A stretch of DNA of 63,982 bases, the filler included, from a bacterium (GTDB taxonomy: Bacteria > UBA9089 > CG2-30-40-21 > SBAY01): the NCBI GenBank assembly GCA_040757115.1. It is 9 parts of 9 records of this genome, joined end to end, with 100 filler letters (N's around TTAATTAATTAA, not from the genome) between each part and the next. Parts side by side here need not be neighbours in the genome. Positions count along the whole stretch, not along the records: positions 7,645 to 15,108 come from JBFLYA010000184.1; positions 15,209 to 22,669 come from JBFLYA010000185.1; 7 more parts are not named here. One strand, written 5' to 3'. A program made the translations under genes and the position numbers. Under the pieces are notes generated by a model that saw only the letters and a list, made by a program, of their open reading frames with translations, was not told the origin of the DNA and made no database searches. Each line of letters begins with the position of its first letter. Within the stretch, counting starts at the first letter, position 1. Below are positions 12,728 through 22,769 of the stretch, piece by piece.

Positions 12728-13331
12728 ATTGAAGATAGGAATTTTAGCCTCAGGTAGAGGGTCTAATTTACAGGCGATTATTGACGCCGTTGAGTTAGGG
12801 AATCTTTCGGCTGATATTGCCATAGTCATTAGTGATAACAAAGATGCCTATGCCTTGATTCGGGCACAAAAGTATGGAATTAAAACACTTTTCCTTGACC
12901 CAAAAGGATTTAGCAGAGAGGATTATGACCGAAAGGTAGTTGAGGTTTTACAGGAAGAGAATATTGAATTAGTAGTCCTGGCGGGATTTATGCGAATTAT
13001 CACCCCTTATTTTGTTAATGCTTACAAAAACAAAATTATGAACATTCACCCGGCGTTACTTCCATCTTTCCTTGGATTACACGGACAGCGACAGGCAATA
13101 GATTATGGTGTAAAGATTTCGGGTGCAACAGTACATTTTGTTGAGGAAGGCTGTGATACAGGACCGATAATTTTACAAGCCGCTGTGAATGTTGAAAATG
13201 ATGATACCGAAGAAACTTTATCTGCTCGAATTTTAGAACAAGAACATAAGATTTATCCGCAGGCTATCCAGCTTTATGCTGAGGGAAAATTAGAGATTAT
13301 TGGGAGAAAAGTAAGGATAAAACAAAAATAA
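12720..13331 (+). CDS. purN: Phosphoribosylglycinamide formyltransferase
   Basis: SGRGSNLQA, NIHPALLPSF, GATVHFV..DTGPII. Confidence 0.97.
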   Translation: MDKLKIGILASGRGSNLQAIIDAVELGNLSADIAIVISDNKDAYALIRAQKYGIKTLFLDPKGFSREDYDRKVVEVLQEENIELVVLAGFMRIITPYFVNAYKNKIMNIHPALLPSFLGLHGQRQAIDYGVKISGATVHFVEEGCDTGPIILQAAVNVENDDTEETLSARILEQEHKIYPQAIQLYAEGKLEIIGRKVRIKQK

Positions 13332-13448
13332 TACTTGACGATTTAGAGATTTTATGGCATAATGGAGAGTAGAGAGTAGTTTGACGAAGATATCAAACTC
13401 TACTCTCTACTGACTACTGACTACTCTCTACTAACTATTTACAATAGT

Positions 13449-13523
13449 GGGCGAATAGCTCAGCGGGAGAGCACTTGCTTTACACGCAAGGGGTCACAGG
13501 TTCGAAACCTGTTTCGCCCACCA
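13449..13523 (+). tRNA. tRNA-Val(TAC)
   Basis: Cloverleaf; CTTGC-TT-TAC-AC-GCAAG anticodon arm; GGTTCGAA T loop; CCA end. Confidence 0.95.
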
Positions 13524-13571
13524 CTTTCTGGTAACTGGTGAATAGTTACCAATTACCACTTATCAAACAAT

Positions 13572-13650
13572 GGGGTCGTGGTGTAGCATGGTCTAACACA
13601 CCAGTCTGTCACACTGGAGATCGCGGGTTCAAATCCCGTCGACCCCGCCA
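13572..13650 (+). tRNA. tRNA-Asp(GTC)
   Basis: GGGGTCG/CGACCCC acceptor stem; CCAGT-CT-GTC-AC-ACTGG anticodon arm; CCA end. Confidence 0.95.
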
Positions 13651-13807
13651 GTCGTTAGTTTGAATAATTTCGGCAAACAAATATCTTTTTTTGTAACCAT
13701 TCACCTCACCACAGAGACACAGAGACGAACCAACCTTGCTCACAAAAAACCTTGACTTTTTTAGCCGCATCTTCTATAATAGAGATTGAAATAAAGAGGA
13801 GGTAGCA

Positions 13808-14734
13808 ATGAAAATATCCAATCCTCATGATGTCTTCTTTAAAGAGGTCTTTTCTGATAAAGAAAGAGTTGTTGATTTCATCAACTCTACTTTACCTGAG
13901 GAGTTGAAGAAAAATCTTGACCTATCAACCCTAGTGTTAGATAATAATTCTTATATCGATGAGGAACTAAAGGAGAATTTCGCGGATATAGTTTATAATT
14001 GTCTCTACAGTGGCAAGGTCAATATCAAGATTTCACTTTTATTTGAGCATAAGAGTAAGCCAGTGAAATATCCACATTTACAGCTTCTCAGGTATATGCT
14101 GAAGATATGGGAGAGGAATATCAAGCAGAAAGAACAGTTAATTCCCATAGTTCCGCTTATCTTTTATCATGGTAAGCAGAGGTGGGAATTAAGAAAGTTG
14201 AGTGATTATTTTGAGGGAATAGATGAGGTATTGAAGGGATATTTACCCGAGTTTAATTATTTATTGACCGATTTATCCTGTTATAGTGATGAGGAGTTAA
14301 AAGGGAGGGTATTTATAAATGAAGCCTTAAAGGTTTCATTATTGGTATTGAAGAATATCTTTGATAAGAAGAGATTGAGGGAGCATATAGAGGGATTTTT
14401 TGCGATAGGGAAGATGTATTATGAAGAGGAACGAGGGTTAAAGTTTTTAGAAGGGGTAATTCGGTATATTTATAGTAGCACAGAGATTAAGCCAGAAGAG
14501 GTGATAGAGGCGGTTAAAAGTGTTTCTGAAAAAGGAGGTGAGGTAGCAATGACTACAGCTGTGAAATTAAGAGAGCAGGGATTACAGCAAGGATTACAGC
14601 AGGGATTACAGCAGGGTGCGTATAATAAAGCGGTAGAGACTGCTAAGTATTTGTATAGTAAGGGAGTTGATTTAGAGCTAATTGCTGAAGCAACAAAATT
14701 GTCACTTGATGAGTTGAAACGGCTTATCAATTAA
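13808..14734 (+). CDS. Rpn/YhgA-family PD-(D/E)XK nuclease
   Basis: NPHDVFFK, ADIVY, LFEHKS, IVPLIFYHG; C-terminal QGLQ repeats; TTGACT-N17-TATAAT promoter at 13752..13780. Confidence 0.9.
   Translation: MKISNPHDVFFKEVFSDKERVVDFINSTLPEELKKNLDLSTLVLDNNSYIDEELKENFADIVYNCLYSGKVNIKISLLFEHKSKPVKYPHLQLLRYMLKIWERNIKQKEQLIPIVPLIFYHGKQRWELRKLSDYFEGIDEVLKGYLPEFNYLLTDLSCYSDEELKGRVFINEALKVSLLVLKNIFDKKRLREHIEGFFAIGKMYYEEERGLKFLEGVIRYIYSSTEIKPEEVIEAVKSVSEKGGEVAMTTAVKLREQGLQQGLQQGLQQGAYNKAVETAKYLYSKGVDLELIAEATKLSLDELKRLIN
14549..14734 (+). CDS. Putative intragenic small C-terminal protein (RpnS-type antitoxin), 61 aa
   Basis: In-frame ATG preceded by AAAGGAGGTGAGGTAGCA; shares GAGGTAGCAATGA with the main start. 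Confidence 0.65.
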   Translation: MTTAVKLREQGLQQGLQQGLQQGAYNKAVETAKYLYSKGVDLELIAEATKLSLDELKRLIN

Positions 14735-14870
14735 GATGTTGAGGTAAAAAGTCTTACAAAGCAGAAAAATTAGTTAAGAGACAGCAAAGCAGGTTGTTAT
14801 ATGCACCGAAGGTGCAAAGGAATCGTAGCCATGGGTTTGAACCTACGGAAGATTAGCTTGAAAATTAATT

Positions 14871-15107
14871 GTAACCGTTCAGGCTATATATCAAAAGTGT
14901 AAGAAAGGGGATAAGGAGATAAGAGTGATATGGAGATAAGATAATAGAAATAGATTGAAATTTATAGAAATAGGTAGAAATTGATTGTGGAAAACAACAA
15001 ATTTCCATAAATTTCTATTAGTTTCTATTAATTTCAATTTTTTTAATAATATCTCCCTATCTCCTTAATCTCCACATCTCCTTTTGTTACACCACCTGAA
15101 CGCTTAC
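14871..15107 (+). mobile_element. MITE family A, ~237 bp
   Basis: GTAACCGTTCAGG...CCTGAACGCTTAC terminal inverted repeats; near-identical copies at 16738, 44952, 52364. Confidence 0.85.
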
Positions 15108-15223
15108 TNNNNNNNNNNNNNNNNNNNNNNNNNNNNNNNNNNNNNNNNNNNNTTAATTAATTAANNNNNNNNNNNNNNNNNNNNNNNNNNNNNNNNNNNN
15201 NNNNNNNNCAATCTTTATATCCG

Positions 15224-15334
15224 GGGGTGGGTCAATTCTCATTGCCAAATTTGTTCATTTTTGATCTGATTTTTTTACATGGGTGGGTCAATTTCCATTG
15301 CCAAAAGTGGGTCAATTTTGGTTTGCCATTAACA
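15224..15334. mobile_element. IS21-family terminal region
   Basis: Three GTGGGTCAATT..TTGCCA repeats ending in ...TTAACA (TG..CA terminus); truncates the ORF starting at 15444 (-). Confidence 0.75.
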
Positions 15335-15442
15335 GATGCCGCTACCATAGGAGATCGCCCTATCGCTATCTCCTCAAATCTGTCTCTTTCCTTCTTTAAA
15401 ATACTAATCTTCTTGCGATGAATAGATATCTCTTCAAAATTC

Positions 15443-15480
15443 ATAACACCTATTATATATATTAGGTGTTATTTTGTCAA
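15443..15480 (-). promoter_or_regulatory. Consensus promoter overlapped by a palindromic operator; probably leaderless
   Basis: TTGACA-N17-TATAAT; ATAACACCTA-N10-TAGGTGTTAT; ATG 8 nt after the -10. Confidence 0.6.
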
Positions 15481-15786
15481 GAAAAAAAATAATAAAATCT
15501 AAATTTTTTATTACTTTGTTACCCTACTTCTATCTAACACTCTATCAACTCTACTTTTTATTGGTGTTATCCCTTATGTCTGAATTGAAGTCTTATATCG
15601 GAACCCCCCCTATTTAAAGACAAATTTAGCACAACTATTTGATTTTCAATAAGATATAGCGATATCTCTTGTTTCTGATTCCTATCTACAATTGAAAGGG
15701 GGATTTAATTCCTCATCCCTTATGATTATATGATAGGATATTAATAAATTTTTGTCAAGCATTTTTTAAAAAATAATAAAAAATTG

Positions 15787-16123
15787 GTAACTATTCACCA
15801 CGAAGGGCACGGAGAGCACGAAGTGAAATTTGATGAATTATCGAATAGAGTCATTGGATGCGCGTAACTATTCACCACGAAGAACACGAAGAAAATTAGA
15901 TGGTCTCTGAAATTAACCACAAAGTACACAAAGAATACACAAAGAAATAAAGGGAAAAATTTATTCTCTCAAAAATCTTTGACTCTTTTGTGAAACTCTT
16001 TGTGATCTTTGTGGTTAAAAGAATTGTAGTTATTGTCAGACACTACCGAAAATTACAAGACCTTAAATTCCATTTCGTGTCCTTCGTGCTCTTCGTGGTG
16101 AATAGTTACTACTGAATAGTTAC
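15787..16123 (+). mobile_element. Nested MITE-like elements carrying a GxxExxY N-terminal remnant
   Basis: Two GTAACTATTCACCACGAAG left ends and two TGAATAGTTAC right ends; encodes (V/M)KFDELSNRVIGCA. Confidence 0.65.
15899..16047. mobile_element. IS1-type MITE with 8-bp target duplication
   Basis: Flanked by GAAAATTA at 15891..15898 and 16048..16055; ends resemble the terminal repeat at 6886. Confidence 0.75.
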
Positions 16124-16220
16124 AAAAATTGTAACCATTCAAGTGGTAATTTACAGCAGAGAGGGGTTAGGTGTGTGTTTTTCTCTGTATTTTTGTGTCT
16201 CTGCGGTGAACAGTTACCAT

Positions 16221-16682
16221 TTATCTCATGGGTGATCCCATTCTCTTCACATATCTGCTTATCCCTACCTCATCCATAAATTCCTGCTCTTGTTTTTCTA
16301 CCCCTAATTTAAACTCCTCAAATTTCCTTTCTTTCAGGTTTTCGAGTATTTGTTTTTCTTGTGAGGCACCAATTAATTTTTTAGTTACTTCTTTTATTTC
16401 TTCATTTAGCTCATTAAGTCTTTTTTTCTGGTTTTCGATATTCTCACGGAGTTTAACGATATAATTATAGCCCCATATAATTTCTTCGATTGTCAGGGTA
16501 AGATTTTTTTGCCTTTCACCAAGCAAGAAAATTTGTGTTTGCAAATCCTCTTGTAATGACCATAATAGATTTTCTTGCTGAAGATATTCTCGTTTTAAAT
16601 GAGCCAATTGCGTTTTTAATTTATCTTCGTTATATTTTTTAACTTCTAAAACTCGTTCTAATCTAAAATTAAATCCTGGCAT
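16221..16682 (-). CDS. fliJ: Flagellar export protein FliJ
   Basis: FNFRLERVL N-terminus, coiled coil, EQEFMDE; follows fliI. Confidence 0.9.
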   Translation of the reverse strand: MPGFNFRLERVLEVKKYNEDKLKTQLAHLKREYLQQENLLWSLQEDLQTQIFLLGERQKNLTLTIEEIIWGYNYIVKLRENIENQKKRLNELNEEIKEVTKKLIGASQEKQILENLKERKFEEFKLGVEKQEQEFMDEVGISRYVKRMGSPMR

Positions 16683-16737
16683 TTTATTATCCCCTGAAAA
16701 TAGTAGTCAGTAGATAGTAGTCAGAATACAAAAAACT

Positions 16738-16975
16738 GTAAGCGTTCAGGTGGTGTAACAAAAGGAGATGTGGAGATTAAGGAGATAGGGAGATATTATT
16801 AAAAAAATTGAAATTAATAGAAACTAATAGAAATTTATGGAAATTTGTTGTTTTCCACAATCAATTTCTACCTATTTCTATAAATTTCAATCTATATTCT
16901 ATTATCTTATCTCCATATCACTCTTATCTCCTTATCCCCTTTCTTACACTTTTGATATATAGCCTGAACGGTTAC
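16738..16975 (-). mobile_element. MITE family A with 8-bp target duplication
   Basis: Reverse copy of 14871..15107; AAAAAACT on both flanks. Confidence 0.85.
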
Positions 16976-17011
16976 AAAAAACTTTTGTTTTTCCCCCTAA
17001 TTTTCTACTTC

Positions 17012-18343
17012 TTATCCTTCTGTGCCTTCTTTGCTGGCGAATAATTCCATTAATTGTTTTACCGCAGTTTCATAATCTACCTTTTCAAATATTCCTTGTT
17101 TTAAAAAGGCATTTACCTCATCAATCATAGAGAGGGCATAATCAATTTTGGGATTACTGCCTTTAACATAGGCGCCAATATCAATGATGTCTTGGGCATC
17201 GCGGATGGTGGCAATTATTTCCTTAAGTCGTCTTGCGGATTGCTCATGTTCTGGCGGCACAATATCTATCATCACCCGGCTGACACTTTGTAAAACATCA
17301 ATTGCCGGGTAATGATTTCTTGCGGCTAAATCTCTCGATAAAACCACATGTCCATCTAAAATTGCCCGGACATTATCGGCAATTGGTTCGTTCATATCAT
17401 CGGCATCGACTAATATCGTATAAAGGCCGGTAATAGTGCCTTTTTCTGATGTTCCTGAGCGTTCAAGCAATTTAGGTAAGATAGCAAATACAGATGGGGT
17501 AAAACCACGAGTAGTCGGCGGTTCGCCAATTGAAAGGCCTACCTCGCGCTGAGCACGGGCAAACCGTGTAATAGAATCCATCATAAACATCACATCATAA
17601 CCTTTATCCCGAAAATATTCGGCAATAGCCGTTGCCACAAAAGCCCCTCTTAATCTAATTAAAGGTGGCTCATCTGATGTCGCCACAACAACTACTGACC
17701 TGGTTAATCCTTCCTCCTGCAGGTCTCTTTCGATAAAATCTCTGACCTCTCTGCCTCGCTCTCCAATCAAGGCAATAATATTAACCTGTGCTTTTGTAAA
17801 TCGAGCAATCATACCCATTAATGTACTTTTACCAATACCACTTCCAGAAAATATACCAAATCGTTGTCCTTTGCCAACAGTAAGAATGGAATCAATGGCT
17901 TTTATTCCCAGAGGTAATGGATTTTTAATTCTTGGTCGTTTTAAAGGGTCTGGAGAAGGATTAAAGATTGGATAAAAATCATCTGCACGGCAGGGAGGTT
18001 TGCCATCTATTGGTTTGCCAAGACCATCTAATATTCTACCTTTTAATCTCTCACTCACCGGGACAAGGAGTGGTTTTCCAGTGGATATGACCTGGCATTC
18101 GGGGGCAATACCATTCATTTCACCCAGAGGCATCAATAAAACCCGACGGTCTCTAAATCCAACCACCTCGGTTTGAATGACTTTTGAACCTGGAAGCCGT
18201 ATCTGACATAATTCTCCCAACTGTGTTGGTGGACCTTCTGATTCTATGGTTAGCCCAATAACCTGTTTAACCTTTCCTCCCAGTCGAATGGTATCTAAAT
18301 TATCCAGAACATCTTGAAATTTAGCCAATTTAGACATTACCAT
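17012..18343 (-). CDS. fliI: Flagellar export ATPase FliI
   Basis: GSGIGKST Walker A, GERGREV, MMDSITR; start moved to 18343 (RBS GGGGAGGG) because the upstream extension is MITE sequence. Confidence 0.95.
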   Translation of the reverse strand: MVMSKLAKFQDVLDNLDTIRLGGKVKQVIGLTIESEGPPTQLGELCQIRLPGSKVIQTEVVGFRDRRVLLMPLGEMNGIAPECQVISTGKPLLVPVSERLKGRILDGLGKPIDGKPPCRADDFYPIFNPSPDPLKRPRIKNPLPLGIKAIDSILTVGKGQRFGIFSGSGIGKSTLMGMIARFTKAQVNIIALIGERGREVRDFIERDLQEEGLTRSVVVVATSDEPPLIRLRGAFVATAIAEYFRDKGYDVMFMMDSITRFARAQREVGLSIGEPPTTRGFTPSVFAILPKLLERSGTSEKGTITGLYTILVDADDMNEPIADNVRAILDGHVVLSRDLAARNHYPAIDVLQSVSRVMIDIVPPEHEQSARRLKEIIATIRDAQDIIDIGAYVKGSNPKIDYALSMIDEVNAFLKQGIFEKVDYETAVKQLMELFASKEGTEG

Positions 18344-18361
18344 TCTTCCCTCCCCATTTTT

Positions 18362-18646
18362 GTAACCGTTCAGGTGGTAATTTACCGCAGAGACGCAGAG
18401 GAACAGAGAATAAATTAGAGCACATAAAAGATTATTGATGCAGACATGGAAATACAGAGGCCCTGCTTGCCGAATGTTCAGCAGGCAAGCCAGATTTGTT
18501 AATCCATCCCTGATTTTCATCAGGGCAAGCTCTTGAGTACAACAACATTAAACTTGCCCTGGTGAAAAATCAGGGATGTTAAGCATCTCGTCCATAGATT
18601 TTAATTTTTTTCTCTGCGTCTCTGTGTCTATGCGGTGAACAGTGAC
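18362..18646. mobile_element. MITE family B (ACCGCAGAG type) between fliH and fliI
   Basis: GTAACCGTTCA...TGAACAGTGAC ends; internal CCGCAGAGACGCAGAG inverted repeats. Confidence 0.75.
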
Positions 18647-18657
18647 GACTTATTTCC

Positions 18658-19506
18658 TTATTCCCTTGTTTCCTTATCCCTCAATGCCTCATAGATAATT
18701 TCTAATTGTGAAGAGATAGTAGCATCAATCAGTCCAAAATTAGTTTCTATGAGACAGCCTCCTGGTTCGATATTTTCATCTTCTTCAAAATTTATTCCTT
18801 CCAGACCAAAAACTTGAGAGAGGAGTTCTTCCTTTTTTGATGATAATTCCTGGAGATGCACGGGATTGATTTTTACCTTGATTTCTTCTTTGTTTTTTAC
18901 CTTTTTAAGTGTCTGGGTTAAATTTTTTAAAATTGCCTGTTTATTTGTGGCAAGTTCTGTTTTAATTATTTTTTTGGCAATCATTAAGGCTAAATCAAGA
19001 ATCATTTCTTGATTAGTCTGAATAATTTCTTCTCGTTTATGTTTTGCCTCAAGCAAGACATTATGGATTTGACTTAAAGTCTTTTTTATCACCTCCTGAC
19101 CAGCGTTGATTCCTTGTTCTTTACCTTCCTTAAATCCTTGTTCATAACCGTCTTGTTTGGCTACTTGAGTAACCTGGTCTATTTCCGAATTAGTTTTTGT
19201 CAGAATTTCATTAGATGATTCTTTCGCCTCATTAAGGATTTGATTAGCTGATTCTTTCGCCTCAGTTATAATTTTCTCTGCTTTTTCTTTTGCCTCAAAT
19301 AAAATATCTTCCTCGAGGTTACGATTTTTTTGACTTGCCTCTTTAATTTTCTTTTGTAAATTGAGTAGTTTAATCTGTCCTTTTTTAATTCTATTTTCTA
19401 TAACATCTAATATAGTTTTCCCTTCAGGTGCTGGTTTAAGTTGAAACTCCAGCATTACTTCAGCGCCATCTGGAGGTAAAAATTCCTTTCGATAGATATT
19501 AGACAA
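18658..19506 (-). CDS. fliH: Flagellar assembly protein FliH
   Basis: GxxxG repeats, IEPGGCLIETNFGLIDA; probable TTG start overlapping the fliG end. Confidence 0.9.
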   Translation of the reverse strand: MSNIYRKEFLPPDGAEVMLEFQLKPAPEGKTILDVIENRIKKGQIKLLNLQKKIKEASQKNRNLEEDILFEAKEKAEKIITEAKESANQILNEAKESSNEILTKTNSEIDQVTQVAKQDGYEQGFKEGKEQGINAGQEVIKKTLSQIHNVLLEAKHKREEIIQTNQEMILDLALMIAKKIIKTELATNKQAILKNLTQTLKKVKNKEEIKVKINPVHLQELSSKKEELLSQVFGLEGINFEEDENIEPGGCLIETNFGLIDATISSQLEIIYEALRDKETRE

Positions 19507-20515
19507 TGATTTTCTCCCCACCTTTTCCGCCGCGAGCAACGACTATTTCTCCGGAGTCTTCCAGTTGTCTAATCACATTAATCACCTTTTGCTGAGCTTC
19601 TTCAACATCTCTTGCTCGGACAGGGCCTAAGAATTCTATTTCTTCTTTCAACATAGCCGCGGCGCGTTTAGGCATATTTTTAAAGACCATATCTTTAGCC
19701 GTATCTGAGGCACCTTTAAGTGCCATAGCTAATTCACGAATATCTACTTCCCGCAAGACTCGTTGTGCTGACCTATCATCCAGTCGAGTAATATCTTCAA
19801 ATGTGAACATTCGTTTTCTAATTTCTTCGGCTAACTCCGGGTCTTGTTCTCCAACACCTTCTAAAACTGTTCGTTCTACATCTCGTTCGACCTGATTTAA
19901 CATATCAACGACTGAATCAACTCCACCTATTCGTGCCTCCTTTCCTTTAGTCGTGGTCGTGAAAGCCGCCAATTTTGTATGTAATATAGTTTCTACTTTT
20001 TGAAGTGCCTCTGGAGAACCTCTTTCCATCACCGCTAATCGTCTGACGACATCCGCTTGAATCTCAGATGGTAACTCACTTAGAATAACTGATGCCCGTT
20101 CTGGAGGTAGATAGGCTAAAACCAAAGCAACGGTTTGTGGATGTTCAGCTTGAATCGTAGTGAGTAGTTGAACCGGGTCAACCTTACGCATAAACTCAAA
20201 TGGTTTCTTTTGAGAAAGTAATTTATCTATTAATTCCTGAGCCTTTTCTTCACCCAGCGAGCGTTTTAAAAGTTCTTTAGCATAGTCCACACCACCTTGA
20301 AGTATAAATCTCTGTGCCGTCATTATCTGATGAAACTCATTCATCACCTGTTCTCGCTGTTCTGGAGAAATCTTTGGCAAATTAGCAATTTCCATTGTCA
20401 AAGATTCCATCTCATCTTCTCGTAAATATTTGAATACCTCAGATGATATTTCACTTCCCAGTGCAACCATAAGTATTGCGGCTTTTTGGGGACCGGTTAA
20501 TTCAACTACAGCCAT
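19499..20515 (-). CDS. fliG: Flagellar motor switch protein FliG
   Basis: QKAAIL, EHPQTVAL, MFTFED, GPVR motifs. Confidence 0.97.
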   Translation of the reverse strand: MAVVELTGPQKAAILMVALGSEISSEVFKYLREDEMESLTMEIANLPKISPEQREQVMNEFHQIMTAQRFILQGGVDYAKELLKRSLGEEKAQELIDKLLSQKKPFEFMRKVDPVQLLTTIQAEHPQTVALVLAYLPPERASVILSELPSEIQADVVRRLAVMERGSPEALQKVETILHTKLAAFTTTTKGKEARIGGVDSVVDMLNQVERDVERTVLEGVGEQDPELAEEIRKRMFTFEDITRLDDRSAQRVLREVDIRELAMALKGASDTAKDMVFKNMPKRAAAMLKEEIEFLGPVRARDVEEAQQKVINVIRQLEDSGEIVVARGGKGGEKIIV

Positions 20516-20538
20516 AATGATTTGCCTCCTTTTACCAG

Positions 20539-20713
20539 TGTCGTGTTGAACAAATAACGCACGGAATTTGATTCTGGTAACTGGTGATTGGTAACTGGTA
20601 ATTAAATACCCTTCGGCTAATCTCAGGACGAAACTATTTAACCAGTTACCAGTTATCCGTTTGCAGGTTATGAAATCTGATGATACGCCGTGTAAAACTC
20701 ACTCAACACCACA
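20539..20713 (+). mobile_element. MITE-like element between fliF and fliG
   Basis: TGTCGTGTTGA...TCAACACCACA imperfect terminal repeats; homologous to 3402..3537. Confidence 0.7.
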
Positions 20714-20722
20714 ATAGTTATA

Positions 20723-22339
20723 CTATGCTGCTTCTGCCTCAGCCAACCAGGTACTAAGCGTTTGGCCTACCTGTTGTGGAAATTGTCTGGCCAGGTTTTT
20801 AATTTCTTCTTCAAAAGGTGTAATTCCTTCTTCTGCTAACTCCTCTTTTTCTTCTATTTCTTTTCTTCTTGCGGCTTCTAATGCGGCGATTCTTGCGGCT
20901 TCTTCCCGAGCAATAACTTTTCTTCGATGAATCATCAAAGCAATCAAACCACCAATTAAAAGTAGGACTAAAATTCCCGCCATAATATACATTCTGATTA
21001 GTGCCTGTGATTCTTCCTTGGTGGTTCTTAGTTCTTCTACCCATTCGTTGGTGCGGTCGAATTGAACATTTTCTACCTGAACAATATATTCACGGTCAGA
21101 ATATACTTTTCCTTTTTCTGCACCAATAGCGCCCCAGACTAAATTCTCATATTTTTTCATTTCCGGCTGAGTGCGTGGTTTATAGATGAGTTTGTTATCT
21201 TTATCGAGTTTTAATTTACCATATTTATCTCGCTCATAGATTCCATCAATAACGACCGCAACTGATATTTTAGATATAGCCGGAGATTTTACAGTCAATA
21301 CCTCCTCTTTATCTGCAAGATAATTAATTCTTGATTCATCCTTTTTATACTCTACCGGTCCTTCGGAGGTAAGCACACCTTTGTAAGCAGGCATTTGAGC
21401 CTCTACCCCGGCTGCACCACCAGGCATCGTTACTTTTCCTTTAAGTTCTTCCTTTATCACCTCATCACTTACCTTTAACTGCTCAAATCCTGGCATACTA
21501 TATTTTTCTTCTTTACTCTCAACACGGTCAAAATTCATCTCCCATTTGACAAATACTTCAATACTATCCGGGGAAACTACCCGGGCTAATTTTTTACGAA
21601 TCTTTTGTTCTAAATCTTTAGCCTCAGCGCGCTGAACATCTAATTGTTTAACGGCTAAGTCTTCAAGTTTTCCATCTACAGATTCTTTTATGTCGGATAA
21701 AATATTACCTCTATTGTCAACAATAGTCACATTTTCAGGTGATAAGCCTTCTACGGCGTGAGTTACTAAGTTAATTATTCCTTTGACCTGGTCAGTAGTT
21801 AAGGTAGTTTGAGGAGCGAGTTTTAATTTAATGGATGCAGTTACATCTTTTTCTTCTTCAGTAAATAATTCTTTTTTAGGTAGGACTAAAAGGACTCTTG
21901 CTTCGTCTATATTGTCTATTCCCTCAATTGTTCTTGTTAGTTCGCCTTGTAAGGCTCGAAGGAAGTTAATTCGTCGTTCATAATCTGTTATGGCTAATTT
22001 AGTTACATCAAACAATTCATAACCAACAATGCCACCTTTTGGTGCTAATTCTTCTCTGGCTAAATCTATTCTTAATCTATCACGGTCTTTTATTGGAACC
22101 TTAATCGTTGTCCCAACTAATTTATACGGTTGTTTCCATTCATCCAGTTTAGCGGTTATTTTTCCTGCCTCTTGTGGCTCAATATTAACATACAGATTAA
22201 CATACTCTACTTTCCCAACATATTGGAGTGAGAATAACAGGACTATAAGTACTCCTGCGGCAACTCCACCAATCGTTATCTTTTGGGTGCGAGTCAAGCC
22301 ATTCCAAAAAGTAATGATTTGTGTTAACCATGCTGGCAT
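20723..22339 (-). CDS. fliF: Flagellar M-ring protein FliF
   Basis: Two TM segments, GYELFD, RALQGELTRTI, upstream of fliG. Confidence 0.95.
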   Translation of the reverse strand: MPAWLTQIITFWNGLTRTQKITIGGVAAGVLIVLLFSLQYVGKVEYVNLYVNIEPQEAGKITAKLDEWKQPYKLVGTTIKVPIKDRDRLRIDLAREELAPKGGIVGYELFDVTKLAITDYERRINFLRALQGELTRTIEGIDNIDEARVLLVLPKKELFTEEEKDVTASIKLKLAPQTTLTTDQVKGIINLVTHAVEGLSPENVTIVDNRGNILSDIKESVDGKLEDLAVKQLDVQRAEAKDLEQKIRKKLARVVSPDSIEVFVKWEMNFDRVESKEEKYSMPGFEQLKVSDEVIKEELKGKVTMPGGAAGVEAQMPAYKGVLTSEGPVEYKKDESRINYLADKEEVLTVKSPAISKISVAVVIDGIYERDKYGKLKLDKDNKLIYKPRTQPEMKKYENLVWGAIGAEKGKVYSDREYIVQVENVQFDRTNEWVEELRTTKEESQALIRMYIMAGILVLLLIGGLIALMIHRRKVIAREEAARIAALEAARRKEIEEKEELAEEGITPFEEEIKNLARQFPQQVGQTLSTWLAEAEAA

Positions 22340-22482
22340 CTGTCCCCCCTCCCATTTTTGGGTAATTGGTAACTGTTAGTTAGTACGTGCTTAGCGTATT
22401 CTGAATGACGCTAATTTAAGGCGTAACTCTTTGGTAAATAATACGATCCCGATGTAAAATATTCCACGAAGGGCTTAATGCA

Positions 22483-22668
22483 AATATCAAAATGTAAAAA
22501 TCAAAATTACAAAGCAAAATGCAAAAATACTTGTAAGGCAATAAAAAAATCAAATATTAAATATTAAAAATCAAAAATAAGAATAAAAGAATTCCTTAAT
22601 TTTGATATTTGCTCTTTGATTTTTGATATGATATTTGATATGTCATTTTGCATTTTAATATTTAATTT
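22483..22668. repeat. Inverted heptamer arrays (TCAAAAT)n...(ATTTTGA)n with no gene between
   Basis: Visible directly; same heptamer class that flanks the four-helix-bundle gene. Confidence 0.75.
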
Positions 22669-22769
22669 TNNNNNNNNNNNNNNNNNNNNNNNNNNNNNNN
22701 NNNNNNNNNNNNNTTAATTAATTAANNNNNNNNNNNNNNNNNNNNNNNNNNNNNNNNNNNNNNNNNNNN

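Noticed and set aside
13572-14870. tRNA-integrated island or prophage
   Set aside because: No integrase and no duplicated tRNA 3' end on the contig
18344-18520. N-terminal extensions of FliI and UvrB (60263..60319) in the ORF track
   Set aside because: They are translations of repeat elements; the recognisable proteins begin at downstream ATGs
16221-22339. Non-flagellar type III secretion system
   Set aside because: FliG and full-length FliF in fliFGHIJ order indicate a flagellum
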